Assembly (NCBI GenBank): GCA_030752605.1
Contig: JASMDX010000064.1
Coordinates: 1 to 64,000, forward strand
From: Alphaproteobacteria bacterium
Lineage (GTDB): Bacteria > Pseudomonadota > Alphaproteobacteria > GCA-2731375
Direction: 5' to 3'
Length of the DNA stretch: 64,000 bases
A program made the translations under genes and the position numbers. This document shows, one piece after another, positions 9,551 through 19,130 of this stretch; position 1 is the stretch's first letter, and every line of letters begins with the position of its first letter. The notes beneath the pieces were generated by a model. That model was not told where the DNA came from. It saw only the letters and a list, made by a program, of their open reading frames with translations, and searched no databases.

Positions 9551-9715
9551 ATGATCAACGGCTATCTGCGCGCCGACGGGCGGAAGGGCATCCGCAACAT
9601 GGTCCTGGCCGTGGCCCAAGGCACCGAAAGCAATTCGGAAGCCCTGGGCCATCAGGAGTTTTGTATGAAGTACAAACGTTTCGAAGCCATCGGCCCGGAA
9701 TGTTCGCCGATCTAG
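9551..9715 (+). pseudogene. UxaA-family large subunit, truncated after about 54 codons
   Basis: It starts MINGYLRADGRKGIRNMVLAVA, the canonical large-subunit start, then diverges and stops. The remainder is absent, and the 3' end is overlapped by the convergent peroxiredoxin gene. Confidence 0.45.
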
Positions 9716-10155
9716 CCTAAATCCGCCAATACCTGGTCGGGATGCTCCGCCGGGACGACGGTATCGTAGACCTTGACGATATAGCCGTCGGGACCAATCA
9801 GAAAACTAAAGCGGGCCGGAAACGGTTTTTCCGTCTGGATCACGCCATAGGCTTCGCCCGCGACTTTCTCGGGATCGCTCAACAGATCGTAGGGAAAGTT
9901 GAACTTCTCCTGAAAGGTGCGATTATCCTCCGGGCTATCGAACGAAGCGCCCAGGATCACGGCATTCTTGGCTGTAAAGTCTTGGATTCGATCACGGAAC
10001 CCTTTGCCTTCAACGGTTCAGCCAGGCGTGTCGGCCTTTGGATACCACCACAGGACCACATGGTGGCCCTTATACTGTTCCAGGGTGGTGGTTACACCCT
10101 GTTGGTTGCGCATGGAAAAGGCTGGTGCCAAATCCCCTACTTTCGGTAATGCCAT
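9712..10155 (-). CDS. bcp: Bcp/PrxQ-type peroxiredoxin with an in-frame TGA at the peroxidatic Cys codon (candidate selenoprotein)
   Basis: From ATG 10155 the frame is uninterrupted to the stop at 9712, except for one TGA at 10018-10020 (codon 46). The protein reads MALPKVGDLAPAFS...VVLWWYPKADTPG[TGA]TVEGKGFRDRIQDF...ILGASFDSPEDNRTF... It aligns along its length with E. coli Bcp, YPKAMTPGCTVQACGLRD, with the TGA exactly at Cys45. There is a strong RBS (GGGGAG). The six-frame track only reports the part downstream of the TGA. Confidence 0.65.
9984..10002 (-). other. candidate bacterial SECIS-like hairpin downstream of the in-frame UGA
   Basis: The mRNA segment GGGUUC-CGUGAUC-GAAUCC forms a 6-bp stem (one G-U pair) with a 7-nt loop containing GU. 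It begins 16 nt 3' of the UGA. This was folded by eye only. Confidence 0.3.
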
Positions 10156-10159
10156 TTTT

Positions 10160-10165
10160 CTCCCC
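10160..10165 (-). promoter_or_regulatory. Shine-Dalgarno GGGGAG for the peroxiredoxin gene
   Basis: The mRNA sequence is AAAAGGGGAGAAAAAUGGCA. The GGGGAG lies 5 nt upstream of the ATG at 10155. Confidence 0.5.
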
Positions 10166-10182
10166 TTTTGGTTATGGCCGTC

Positions 10183-10383
10183 CTAGCTATCGAATGAAAA
10201 CTTTATGCCGTCACTACACCCTGTTCGCCGCACGCCACTAGGTGAAGCGGATTGAGGTGCCTGGGATTGCGCCGGCTTGGCCGCCTCGGGGCGCTTCCCC
10301 GACAGTGCATCTAGGCGCTGCCGGTTCTTGTCCAGCAGCGCATCAAAGGCGGCAGACGAATTCCTATCCCCATCGTTACTCAT
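10183..10383 (-). CDS. hypothetical small protein (66 aa)
   Basis: The ATG at 10383 has a GGAG RBS and lies 12 nt downstream of the hydrolase gene stop. The product reads MSNDGDRNSSAAFDALLDKNRQRLDALSGKRPEAAKPAQSQ... There is no homology call. Confidence 0.25.
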   Translation of the reverse strand: MSNDGDRNSSAAFDALLDKNRQRLDALSGKRPEAAKPAQSQAPQSASPSGVRRTGCSDGIKFSFDS

Positions 10384-10393
10384 GCTCCATCCT

Positions 10394-11104
10394 CTACGCC
10401 TGGGCCTTACGGCCTTCATTCCACCAGGTCTCGAATTCCGTACGCGCCGCATCAGAAAAGCCCGACGTGGCCAAGCCGCGCAAATATTCCAACACCGCAT
10501 TGCCATCAATGACGTCGCCGTATTTGGCGTCGATATCGAACAGATTGGCCTCGTGCGGGCCTTGCGCCCGGTCGCCAACACCATCGCTGACTACGATGGT
10601 GTAGTAGGCATATTGCAAGGAATCAACCGCCGAGGCACGCACACAGCCTGACGTGGTACAGCCGGTGATAACCAATGTGTCGACGCCCTGACTGCGCAGA
10701 TAGCTATCCAGATCGGTGCCGAAAAAAGAAGAGGCATAGTTCTTCGATATGACCAATTCACCCGGCAATGGCTTGATCTGATCGTCCACCACGCAATTGG
10801 GCGAGCCCTTGCGCAGAATTCCCAGAGACGGCACTTTTTTGACGAAGACACCACCGTCGGACAGATCCTCCTTGTATTCCACCGTGGTGTAAACGATGGG
10901 CAGACCGGATTTTCGGAACGCCGTTTGCAACTGGGCCGTCACCGCCAATTGCGAGGAAAAATCACCACCCAGGGGCGAGCTGGGATCGGTAAAGCCGACA
11001 ATAAAATCTACCACCAGCAGGGCCGGCTTCCTGCCGAAGCCCGAGGACACGGCAAAGCCCTTGCTCTCATAGCTCGCCCGTGTGTCCTGTTCCCAATCCG
11101 CCAT
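10394..11104 (-). CDS. isochorismatase-family cysteine hydrolase (N-carbamoylsarcosine amidase-like)
   Basis: The motif LLVVDF and the catalytic-Cys motif LVITGCTTSGCVRASAVD are present. At 236 aa the size fits. Confidence 0.7.
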   Translation of the reverse strand: MADWEQDTRASYESKGFAVSSGFGRKPALLVVDFIVGFTDPSSPLGGDFSSQLAVTAQLQTAFRKSGLPIVYTTVEYKEDLSDGGVFVKKVPSLGILRKGSPNCVVDDQIKPLPGELVISKNYASSFFGTDLDSYLRSQGVDTLVITGCTTSGCVRASAVDSLQYAYYTIVVSDGVGDRAQGPHEANLFDIDAKYGDVIDGNAVLEYLRGLATSGFSDAARTEFETWWNEGRKAQA

Positions 11105-11153
11105 GGACCGCCTCCTCGTTTTGCGGCGATTGTAACAGCTATAGGCTTCGCCG

Positions 11154-11507
11154 CCACCTTTAACCGCGATGAGCCACTATGGCGGCGACTTCAACGGGGT
11201 GGCTCAAGGGCGACATATGCTTGGTTCTGAGGATGAGTAGATAATCGCTGCCAGGTATCTCGCGATGCAGAATTTCCGTTACCCGGCGGTCGGGCTCGCT
11301 GGTCTATTCGCCGCAGATGATCAGCGTCGGCGCGGGAATGCCGCGACAATCGCACGGTGTGGTCGGGTTCGAGAGATTAGCCGCGAAATTGGCAATGCCA
11401 CGGTTGTTGTAACCGGCAGAGCCGAACCGCATGATCTCCGCCACATCCAAGTTGGCCTGAAAGATGAAATCCAGGCTCGGTTCAACGATTTTCATATGCT
11501 GTTCCAA
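11154..11507 (-). pseudogene. alpha/beta-hydrolase C-terminal fragment with an internal TAG
   Basis: The ORF 11304..11507 ends ...GIPAPTLIICGE, then a TAG. The same frame continues TSEPDRRVTEILHREIPGSDYLLILRTKHMSPLSHPVEVAAIV..., a classic alpha/beta-hydrolase C-terminus. The N-terminal about 150 aa, including the nucleophile elbow, are absent. Confidence 0.4.
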
Positions 11508-11636
11508 TCATATACTCAGCATTCATATTGCCCGCAAATGCACGCGGCAGCGATACCCCGTTTACACCCCATCTCATTTTTCGGCTATGTTATCGGCAAT
11601 TGCTATTTGTATCCGTAGATTAGAAGGGATGTGGCC

Positions 11637-12836
11637 ATGGATATCGCCTTTAATGCCGAGGAATTGGCATTTCGCGACGACGTACGGGAATTTCTCGCCA
11701 CCAAACTGCCAAGGGAAATCCAGGAACGCACGCGTATCGCGCCATCTTATGTGCCCTCCGATTACACCAGAAGATGGCAGAATATTCTCTACCGGCAAGG
11801 CTGGGGCGCACCGAACTGGCCGGTGGACCTTGGCGGCACGGGCTGGAACGCCATGCAAAAATATATTTATGACGCCGAATATCAGGCCGCCGACTGCCCC
11901 CGGCAAAGCCCATTTGGCATTTCCATGGTCGGGCCGGTGATCTGCGCCTTTGGCACCGATGCGCAAAAAGAACACCACCTGGGCCCCATCATCCGAGGCG
12001 AAAAACAATGGTGCCAGGGTTATTCCGAACCGGGATCAGGCTCGGACCTGGCCTCGTTGGTGACCCGTGCCATCCCTGATGGTGACGACTATGTGGTCAA
12101 CGGCTCTAAGATCTGGACCTCGCACGCCCATCATGCGGATTGGATTTTTTGTCTGGTGCGCACCAATACGGAAGTGAAGAAGCAGGAAGGGATATCCTTT
12201 CTGCTGATGGACATGACCACGCCGGGCATCACGGTGAAGCCGATCATCTCCATGGACGGCCATCATTATCTGAACGAAGTATTTTTCGACGACGTACACG
12301 TGCCGATCTCGAACCGCATTGGCGAGGAGAACAAGGGCTGGACCTATGCCAAATTCCTACTGGGTCACGAGCGCACGGGGATCGCCGGGGTCGGCAAGTC
12401 AAAGCGCAAGGTGGAGCGCCTGAAGCAGATCGCCGGTATTGAGCGGGCCGACGGCGGCTCGGTGCTGGAAAAGGATTCATTCAGAAGCCGGCTGAGCGAG
12501 GCAGAGGTCGCCCTGCAAGCCGTGGAGTTCACCCAATTGCGCATCCTGGCCCAGGAAAGGGCGGGCAAGCCGCCGGGGCCGGAAGCCTCAACCCTGAAAA
12601 TCGGCGGCACCCAGGTGGAGCAGAGCCTGAACGAATTGATGATCGAGGCCATCGGCCATTACGCGGCACCTTATCCCGCCGACGAGTTGGACCCGGAGCG
12701 TAACGAGCCGCCCATCGGGCCCGACTACACCATTGGCCTGATGCAGGAGCGCCTGTTGCGCCGGGCCGCGACGATCTACGGCGGCAGTAACGAAATCCAG
12801 CGCGGCATCATCGCCAAGGCGGTACTGGAAATGTAG
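11637..12836 (+). CDS. acyl-CoA dehydrogenase family protein
   Basis: The ACAD middle and C-terminal motifs are present (YVVNGSKIWTS, IYGGSNEIQRGIIAK). The start is at ATG 11637. Confidence 0.8.
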   Translation: MDIAFNAEELAFRDDVREFLATKLPREIQERTRIAPSYVPSDYTRRWQNILYRQGWGAPNWPVDLGGTGWNAMQKYIYDAEYQAADCPRQSPFGISMVGPVICAFGTDAQKEHHLGPIIRGEKQWCQGYSEPGSGSDLASLVTRAIPDGDDYVVNGSKIWTSHAHHADWIFCLVRTNTEVKKQEGISFLLMDMTTPGITVKPIISMDGHHYLNEVFFDDVHVPISNRIGEENKGWTYAKFLLGHERTGIAGVGKSKRKVERLKQIAGIERADGGSVLEKDSFRSRLSEAEVALQAVEFTQLRILAQERAGKPPGPEASTLKIGGTQVEQSLNELMIEAIGHYAAPYPADELDPERNEPPIGPDYTIGLMQERLLRRAATIYGGSNEIQRGIIAKAVLEM

Positions 12837-12978
12837 GACGGCGTGAGGCAGGCGCGGCGTTCTATTTTAGGAACAAAGCAAGCCCTGATCAAACTATTTG
12901 CAACTCCGCTCATTGGAACTCGAACGAGTTAAGTCCTCGACGAGTTTTGCCGCCATGTCAGCTTTGCCTCGGGCTCAT

Positions 12979-14118
12979 TCAGGCGGCGCGGTGGGGAAGG
13001 CAAATCTGGCGGATCGCCTCGCCGTTCTGCAGCCGATCGAAGCCTTCATTCAAATCGTTGAGTCCAACCTGGCGGCTGATCAGCTTGTCGACCGGCAACC
13101 GGCCCTGGCGGTACAAGCTGATGAAGCGCGGAATGTCGCGCACCGGCACGCAAGAGCCCATATAGCTGCCCTTGATAGCCTTCTCCTCCGCGACGAGATT
13201 ACTCTGGATAAAGGAGAATTCGGCCGTCGAGGGGGACAGGCCAGCCGTCACGACGGTCCCGCCATAGCGCGTGATCTCATAGGCCGTCTTCATCGCCGGA
13301 ATGACGCCGGCCAGGTCGATCGCGAAATCGACCCCGCCGTTCGTCAGGTCGCGCACCTGTTCGGCATGGCCCGCCTCCGAGGCATCGATCGTATGCGTGG
13401 CGCCGAACTGGCGGGCGAGGCCCAGCTTGTCATCGGCGATATCGACGGCAATGATCGTTTCCGCGCCGGCCAGCTTGGCGCCCAGCACGCCGTTCAGCCC
13501 GACCCCGCCGAGCCCGATAATTGCAACCGTGTCGCCTGGTAGAATGCGCGCCGTGTTGATCACCGCGCCCACGCCGGTCATCACCGCACAACCGAACAGT
13601 GAGGCCTCGTGCAGCGGCAGATCCTTGTCGATGACGACGACCGAGCCGCGGTCGGCGACCGCGTATTCGGCGAAGCAGGACACGCCGGTATGGTGCGCGA
13701 TACGGTTGCCGTCAGCGTCGGCGATGCGGCGGCCGCCGCCCATCAGATCGCCCGCCGCCTTGGCCTTGGCCCCGACCTCGCAAACTTGTGGCCGCCCCTC
13801 CATGCAGCGCCGGCAGCGCCCGCAGCTGGGACTGAACTGGAAGACGATATGGTCGCCTTGGGCTATATCTGTGATGGCGGATCCGACCTCGACGATCGAA
13901 CCCGCGCCCTCGTGCCCTAGTACCAGTGGCTCCGGCCGCGGGCGCGCGCCGTTCATCACGGAGAGGTCGGAATGGCACAGCCCGGCACCGCCGATCTTGA
14001 CCAGCACCTCGTTCGGACCGGGAGGATCCAAGGTAACCTCCTCTATACTGATCGGCTTGCTGTCGGTAAACGGCAGCGGCGCATCGAACCGGCGCAGCAC
14101 GGCGGCCTTCATCTTCAT
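12979..14118 (-). CDS. zinc-dependent alcohol dehydrogenase family protein
   Basis: The Zn-ligand motifs GHEGAG and GLCHSD, the structural-zinc cysteines CGRCRRC, and the Rossmann motif GLGGVG are present. The start at ATG 14118 is preceded by AGGGAGGAAG. Confidence 0.8.
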   Translation of the reverse strand: MKMKAAVLRRFDAPLPFTDSKPISIEEVTLDPPGPNEVLVKIGGAGLCHSDLSVMNGARPRPEPLVLGHEGAGSIVEVGSAITDIAQGDHIVFQFSPSCGRCRRCMEGRPQVCEVGAKAKAAGDLMGGGRRIADADGNRIAHHTGVSCFAEYAVADRGSVVVIDKDLPLHEASLFGCAVMTGVGAVINTARILPGDTVAIIGLGGVGLNGVLGAKLAGAETIIAVDIADDKLGLARQFGATHTIDASEAGHAEQVRDLTNGGVDFAIDLAGVIPAMKTAYEITRYGGTVVTAGLSPSTAEFSFIQSNLVAEEKAIKGSYMGSCVPVRDIPRFISLYRQGRLPVDKLISRQVGLNDLNEGFDRLQNGEAIRQICLPHRAA

Positions 14119-14485
14119 AGCTTCCTCCCTGATCGTCCGGCGCGTCGGGGCGCCCTGGCGGTTATAGTAGCCATGGTACTCTAAGGCCCCGTCCTTCAGA
14201 CACCACAAAATTCCGGAAAAAGCGAGCTTGTCAAAGGGACGAACGGGACGCAACGCCGGCGCCTTCCCTCCGGCATGGTGAGAGTTTAGCGCTAGGGGCG
14301 ACGGATCTATCCGCGAAAAATCGGATGGCTCGAATGTCGGGCGTCCATAACCGGGTCGGGGATCATTGAAAATGACCCGTCCTGAAAATGGACTTTCGGT
14401 GACGATAGTGGTCTAACCCATCTTGGATATCAGAGGCTTCATGACACCAATTGGGCCACGCTGAAATGGTTGAATTTTAAGAATA

Positions 14486-15712
14486 GTGGAGACTTTGATG
14501 CAAGATGACTTGCTGCATGTAACAACTTGGCGGAATGGCGAGAAGGCTTGGTCGCCGTTTTCCGAACAGGAGCTGCTCAACCGGCAAGAAAAAATCCGAG
14601 CCTATGCGGCGGAGCACGATATCGATGCCTGCATTTTCACCTCACATCACAATATCTGCTACTTCTCCGGCTTTTTGTATTGCTATTTTGGCCGCAAATA
14701 CGCCCTCGTGATTGATGGTGGCGGTGCCACGACAGTGACGGCGGCGATTGATGGCGGGCAGCCGTGGCGCCGCGGCGTTGCCGGCAACATCACTTATACT
14801 GACTGGAGCAAGGACAACTATTTCCGCGCCCTTCAACAATTGCTACCCAAGGTCAAGCGCCTTGGCATTGAGTTTGACCACGTCAGCCTGGATCTTCATC
14901 GGCAACTGATTGAGGCATTCCCAAATACTGAAATGGTCGATGTTGGGCCACCTACAATGTGGCAGCGGGCCATCAAATCGCCAGATGAACAGGCTTTAAT
15001 CAAGATAGGGGCCCGGATCTGTGAACTCGGTGGACAAGCATGCGTGGATGCGGTCGAGGCAGGCGTTCCCGAGCACGAGATCGCCATCGCATCGAGCACC
15101 ACGATGATCCGCGAGATCGCCCGTAGTTTTCCCTTTGTCGAACTGATGGACAGCTGGACGTGGTTTCAATCGGGGATCAATACGGACGGCGCCCATAATC
15201 CGGTGACCAATCGAGTGATTGACGCGGGAGACATATTGAGTTTGAACTGTTTCCCCATGATTTTCGGTTACTATACAGCGCTCGAACGCACCCTGTTCTG
15301 TGAATTCGCAAGCGATGAACATCTCAGATTGTGGGAAATCAATTGCGAGGTTCATCGCCATGGCTTGGGATTGATCCGGGCCGGCGCCAAATGTAGCGAT
15401 ATTGCCAAGGAGTTGAACAATATCTATCGCCGCCACGATTTACTCAAATATCGCTCTTTTGGATATGGACACTCATTTGGCGTGCTAAGCCACTATTACG
15501 GCAGGGAAGCTGGAGTAGAACTTCGAGAAGACGTGGAAACCGTGCTGCGTCCGGGCATGGTGGTCTCCATGGAACCAATGATCATGATACCGGAAGGGCA
15601 AATGGGCGCGGGCGGATACCGCGAACACGACATCTTGATTATCGGCGAAGAGAGCACCGAGAACATCACCAAATTCCCATTCGGGCCGAAGTATAATATT
15701 ATCGAGAAATAG
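14486..15712 (+). CDS. creatinase (creatine amidinohydrolase, M24 family)
   Basis: There is close full-length similarity to Pseudomonas putida creatinase, for example TDWSKDNYF, WTWFQSGINTDGAHNPVT, FGYGHSFGVLSHYYGREAG and YREHDILI. An alternative start is the ATG at 14498. Confidence 0.8.
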   Translation: METLMQDDLLHVTTWRNGEKAWSPFSEQELLNRQEKIRAYAAEHDIDACIFTSHHNICYFSGFLYCYFGRKYALVIDGGGATTVTAAIDGGQPWRRGVAGNITYTDWSKDNYFRALQQLLPKVKRLGIEFDHVSLDLHRQLIEAFPNTEMVDVGPPTMWQRAIKSPDEQALIKIGARICELGGQACVDAVEAGVPEHEIAIASSTTMIREIARSFPFVELMDSWTWFQSGINTDGAHNPVTNRVIDAGDILSLNCFPMIFGYYTALERTLFCEFASDEHLRLWEINCEVHRHGLGLIRAGAKCSDIAKELNNIYRRHDLLKYRSFGYGHSFGVLSHYYGREAGVELREDVETVLRPGMVVSMEPMIMIPEGQMGAGGYREHDILIIGEESTENITKFPFGPKYNIIEK

Positions 15713-16002
15713 CCTGATCATTGGAATTTCTTGCATGCCGAATGCAACAACCTTGGGGTCGATACCTTGCCCAGGAGGTTCCATCGATTAGTTTTCACGT
15801 AACCACATCGGTTGCTGATCAGGGTGCCTGGTGACGATGCTTGAATGACCCTGATCGAATTTTGCCAATTGCGACAGATCGAACAGGTGCGAATTTCCAA
15901 TCAAAGCATGCCGGCGCTTTGCCATCGTTGGTGGGCTTTGTTTCAAATACGCTGCCATAGTTGTCCAAAAAATGTGCCCACGGGAGGATGGACAAATGAT
16001 AC

Positions 16003-17643
16003 TTAGCCATCCGCCTCTGCTCGTAATTCAACCCGGCGGATCTTGCCCGAGATGGTTTTGGGCAGGGCCTCGCGGAATTCGATTTCGCGGGGGTACTTAT
16101 AGGGCGCGGTCAGGTTCTTGACGAAATCCTGGATCTCCACCACCAAATCGTCCGAGGCTTCATAGCCTTCCGACAACACGACAAAGGCCTTGACGATCTC
16201 GCCGCGCATTTCGTCTGCCTTGGCAACAACGGCGGATTCCATGACGCCGGGATGCTCCACCAGGGCGCTTTCCACCTCAAACGGCGAGATGCGGTAGCCG
16301 GATGAGGAAATAATGTCGTCGGAGCGGCCAACGAACCAGATATAGCCATCCCCATCCCGCGTCGCCGTATCTCCGGTGTAGTACCAGCCGTTGCGGAAGG
16401 ATTTCGCCGTCGCCTCTGGATCGCGGAAATAACCGTCGAACAAACCGGGAGGATACGGATCGGTGATTTTCACCGCGATATGGCCGACGATATCGTCCGC
16501 GACCACATTGCCGTCATCATCGATAATGCCGATATCAATACCAGGCACTGGCTTGCCCATGGAACCGGGCCGGATTTCCATGCCGGGATAGTTGGCGACA
16601 ATATTGACGGTCTCGGTCTGGCCATAGCCATCGTGGATGTCACAGCCCGTGGCGGCTTTCCAACTGCGCATGGCTTCGGGGTTCAACGGCTCGCCCGCGC
16701 CGATGCAATGGCGGATGGAGCTAACGTCGTAAGGTGAAATATCCATGGTCGCGAACAGGCGGTAGACCGTGGGTGGGGCACAGAAAGTAGTCACCTTGTA
16801 TTTCTCGATCAGCTTCAAGTGCATATCCGCATCGAAACCAGCAGCGTCATATAGCATGATCGCGGCACCGGCGATAATGGGCGGGAAAATAATGCCCCAG
16901 GCCGCCTTGGCCCAGCCGGTATCGGTCAGGGTCCAATGGATATCGTCCCGGCGCAAACCCTGCCAATAATTACAGGTAATGGTATGGGCCAGGCCGTAAG
17001 CGTGGTCGCGGGCAACCATTTTTGGCAATGACGTAGTGCCGGAGGTGAAATAAATCAGCATCAGATCCGACGCCTTGGTCGGCGGCACCAAGGAACGGTC
17101 AAAGGTATCAGGCGCGGTGGCGCAGGCGCTTTCCTTGCAGGTCCAGCCCGCACGCTCCTCACCAATGATGATCAGATGCTCCAACGTGGGGCATTGATCG
17201 CGCACGGCCTCAACCTTTTCCGCGTGCTCGGCGGTGACAATGACGATCTTGGCGCCGGAGCGGTTGACCCGGTATTCGATATCATGCGCTGTCAACAGAT
17301 TGGTGCCCGGCATGGCAACGACGCCCATTTTCATACAACCGAACAGGGCATGATAAAAGGCAGGTATCCGCGTGATCATGACAAAGGCGAAATCGCCTTT
17401 CTCGGCGCCAATATCCTTGAGCACATTGGCGAACTGGTTCGAAGCCCTCTCCAGATCACCATAGCTTTGTTCTTCCGCGCTTTCGCCATCGTTAGCCACG
17501 GCGATCAGGGCGGTCTTGTCCGCCTTCCCCGCCTGGGTCGCCAGCACATCAAAGGCAAAATTGAAGTCATCCGGAATCTCGAGCTTGAACTCCGCCCGCG
17601 CCGCCTCGTAATCGAAAGTTTCTGCTTCGCTAGCCATGACCAT
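16003..17643 (-). CDS. acyl-CoA synthetase (AMP-forming, ACSM/propionate-CoA ligase-like)
   Basis: The AMP-binding motif YFTSGTTSLPKMV, the A8 motif YYTGDTATRDGDGYIWFVGRSDD and the terminal PKTISGKIRR are present. The start is taken at ATG 17643, preceded by GAGAGG. Confidence 0.8.
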   Translation of the reverse strand: MVMASEAETFDYEAARAEFKLEIPDDFNFAFDVLATQAGKADKTALIAVANDGESAEEQSYGDLERASNQFANVLKDIGAEKGDFAFVMITRIPAFYHALFGCMKMGVVAMPGTNLLTAHDIEYRVNRSGAKIVIVTAEHAEKVEAVRDQCPTLEHLIIIGEERAGWTCKESACATAPDTFDRSLVPPTKASDLMLIYFTSGTTSLPKMVARDHAYGLAHTITCNYWQGLRRDDIHWTLTDTGWAKAAWGIIFPPIIAGAAIMLYDAAGFDADMHLKLIEKYKVTTFCAPPTVYRLFATMDISPYDVSSIRHCIGAGEPLNPEAMRSWKAATGCDIHDGYGQTETVNIVANYPGMEIRPGSMGKPVPGIDIGIIDDDGNVVADDIVGHIAVKITDPYPPGLFDGYFRDPEATAKSFRNGWYYTGDTATRDGDGYIWFVGRSDDIISSSGYRISPFEVESALVEHPGVMESAVVAKADEMRGEIVKAFVVLSEGYEASDDLVVEIQDFVKNLTAPYKYPREIEFREALPKTISGKIRRVELRAEADG

Positions 17644-17782
17644 GAGCCTCTCGTCCGTCATCAATTTCGTTGGCCGTACATTAATCCGCGTAATGCGCGG
17701 AGCCAACCCATCTTTCCTCTTGTGGATTGGGCCGGGTCGGTGAAAACTGGCGTCAACAAAATCCGCGTAAAAGGGAAGCGAG

Positions 17783-18799
17783 ATGAGCCCAATTAATTCA
17801 GGAAGACCCGTACGTCCCGGGGACCGCTATAAGCCCAGACCAACGCCCGGCGGCGGCGCTCCAATTGGACGCACTGGGCCGCGCATTAGCACAGGGGGCA
17901 AGAAGGAAATTCTCTGCGCCTTTGGCGTTGATGTTGATGCGGTCGCCGGCTGGCTGGGGTCGTACGGCGGTGAGGACAGCCCCTGCGATATCTCGCGTGG
18001 TTTGTTCTCTGGCGAAGTCGGCGTGCCGCGCCTGGTCAATCTGTTCGACCGCTACGCCATTCCCACCACCTGGTTCATCCCCGGCCATTCCATCGAAACC
18101 TTTCCCGAGCAGTGCAAAATGGTGGTCGATGCGGGCCACGAGATCGGCATGCACGGCTATTCCCACGAAAACCCCATCGCCATGACGCCAGAGCAGGAAA
18201 TTGCCGTCATGGACAAATGCATTGACCTGATCGAAAAGCTGGCCAAGCGCAGGCCCACCGGCTATGTGGCGCCATGGTGGGAATTCAGCACCGTGACCAA
18301 CGAACTGCTACTGGCACGCGGCATCAAATACGACCACAGCCTGATGAATGACGATTTTCATCCTTTCTATGTGCGGGTAGGCGATAGCTGGACGCCGATC
18401 GATTATTCCAAGCACCCGGATGAATGGATGACGCCCCTGGTACGTGGACAGGAAACGGATCTGATCGATATTCCGGGCAGCTGGTACCTTGATGATCTAC
18501 CACCGATGATGTTCATCAAATCGGCGCCGAACAGTTTCGGCTTCGTCAATCCACGGGATATCGAGGAGTTGTGGCGCGATCAGTTCGATTGGGTCTACCG
18601 GGAAAACGACTATGCCGTCTTTACCATGACCATCCACCCGGACGTCTCGGGCCGGCCGCAGGTTCTGTTGATGCTGGAGAGGATGATCGAATACATCACC
18701 TCGCACACCGGCGTGCGGTTCTGCACCTTTGACGAAATTGCCGATGATTTCCGTCAGCGCTGTCCCCGCGAAGGTGCGGCTGCCAGCGTGCCCGCATAA
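17783..18799 (+). CDS. polysaccharide deacetylase family protein (NodB-homology hydrolase, PuuE-like)
   Basis: It carries the NodB-type motifs TWFIPGH and [11 protein letters not shown]. Confidence 0.7.
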   Translation: MSPINSGRPVRPGDRYKPRPTPGGGAPIGRTGPRISTGGKKEILCAFGVDVDAVAGWLGSYGGEDSPCDISRGLFSGEVGVPRLVNLFDRYAIPTTWFIPGHSIETFPEQCKMVVDAGHEIGMHGYSHENPIAMTPEQEIAVMDKCIDLIEKLAKRRPTGYVAPWWEFSTVTNELLLARGIKYDHSLMNDDFHPFYVRVGDSWTPIDYSKHPDEWMTPLVRGQETDLIDIPGSWYLDDLPPMMFIKSAPNSFGFVNPRDIEELWRDQFDWVYRENDYAVFTMTIHPDVSGRPQVLLMLERMIEYITSHTGVRFCTFDEIADDFRQRCPREGAAASVPA

Positions 18800-18803
18800 T
18801 ATC

Positions 18804-19127
18804 ATGTGCGCGCTCTGCGGTGTCTTGGGGGGACGCGGCCACTGGACAGAAAGCGCCGCCGCACCGGAAGCCTTTGCCTCCCGCCCCGAACAACACACAA
18901 GGGCGCGGGAGCGCCAAGCACGCACCCGCCTGGTTAACCGGGTGCTGGGCCACTACGGACTTAAGCTTGACGACTGGTTGGGCGGCGCCCAAGTGTTGCG
19001 CGGGCGCACCGGGCGCACGGCGCTGGTCAATAATCTGTCCGAGATGTGGGCAGCGGCGGACGATCTAAGCCGCCAGGACTGCGATCCCCTGGACCCGGAT
19101 CTGTTGCAACGTCTGGAAAGAGAATAG
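18804..19127 (+). CDS. hypothetical protein (108 aa) between the deacetylase and the CobW-like GTPase
   Basis: The internal ATG at 18804 lies 5 nt after the deacetylase stop. The product is Cys-rich at the start (MCALCGVLGG) and has no family call. Confidence 0.35.
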   Translation: MCALCGVLGGRGHWTESAAAPEAFASRPEQHTRARERQARTRLVNRVLGHYGLKLDDWLGGAQVLRGRTGRTALVNNLSEMWAAADDLSRQDCDPLDPDLLQRLERE

Positions 19128-19130
19128 CCG

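Noticed and set aside
12898-14184. Plus-strand ORFs of 214 aa and 288 aa overlapping the alcohol dehydrogenase gene
   Set aside because: They are antisense shadow ORFs. Their composition is Ser/Pro/Ala/Arg-rich, and the ADH on the minus strand has full motif support.
15720-16000. An 8-bp inverted repeat ATCAGGGT...ACCCTGAT between the convergent creatinase and acyl-CoA synthetase genes
   Set aside because: It is isolated, with a loop of about 22 nt and no U-tract. It is insufficient to call a terminator or an operator.
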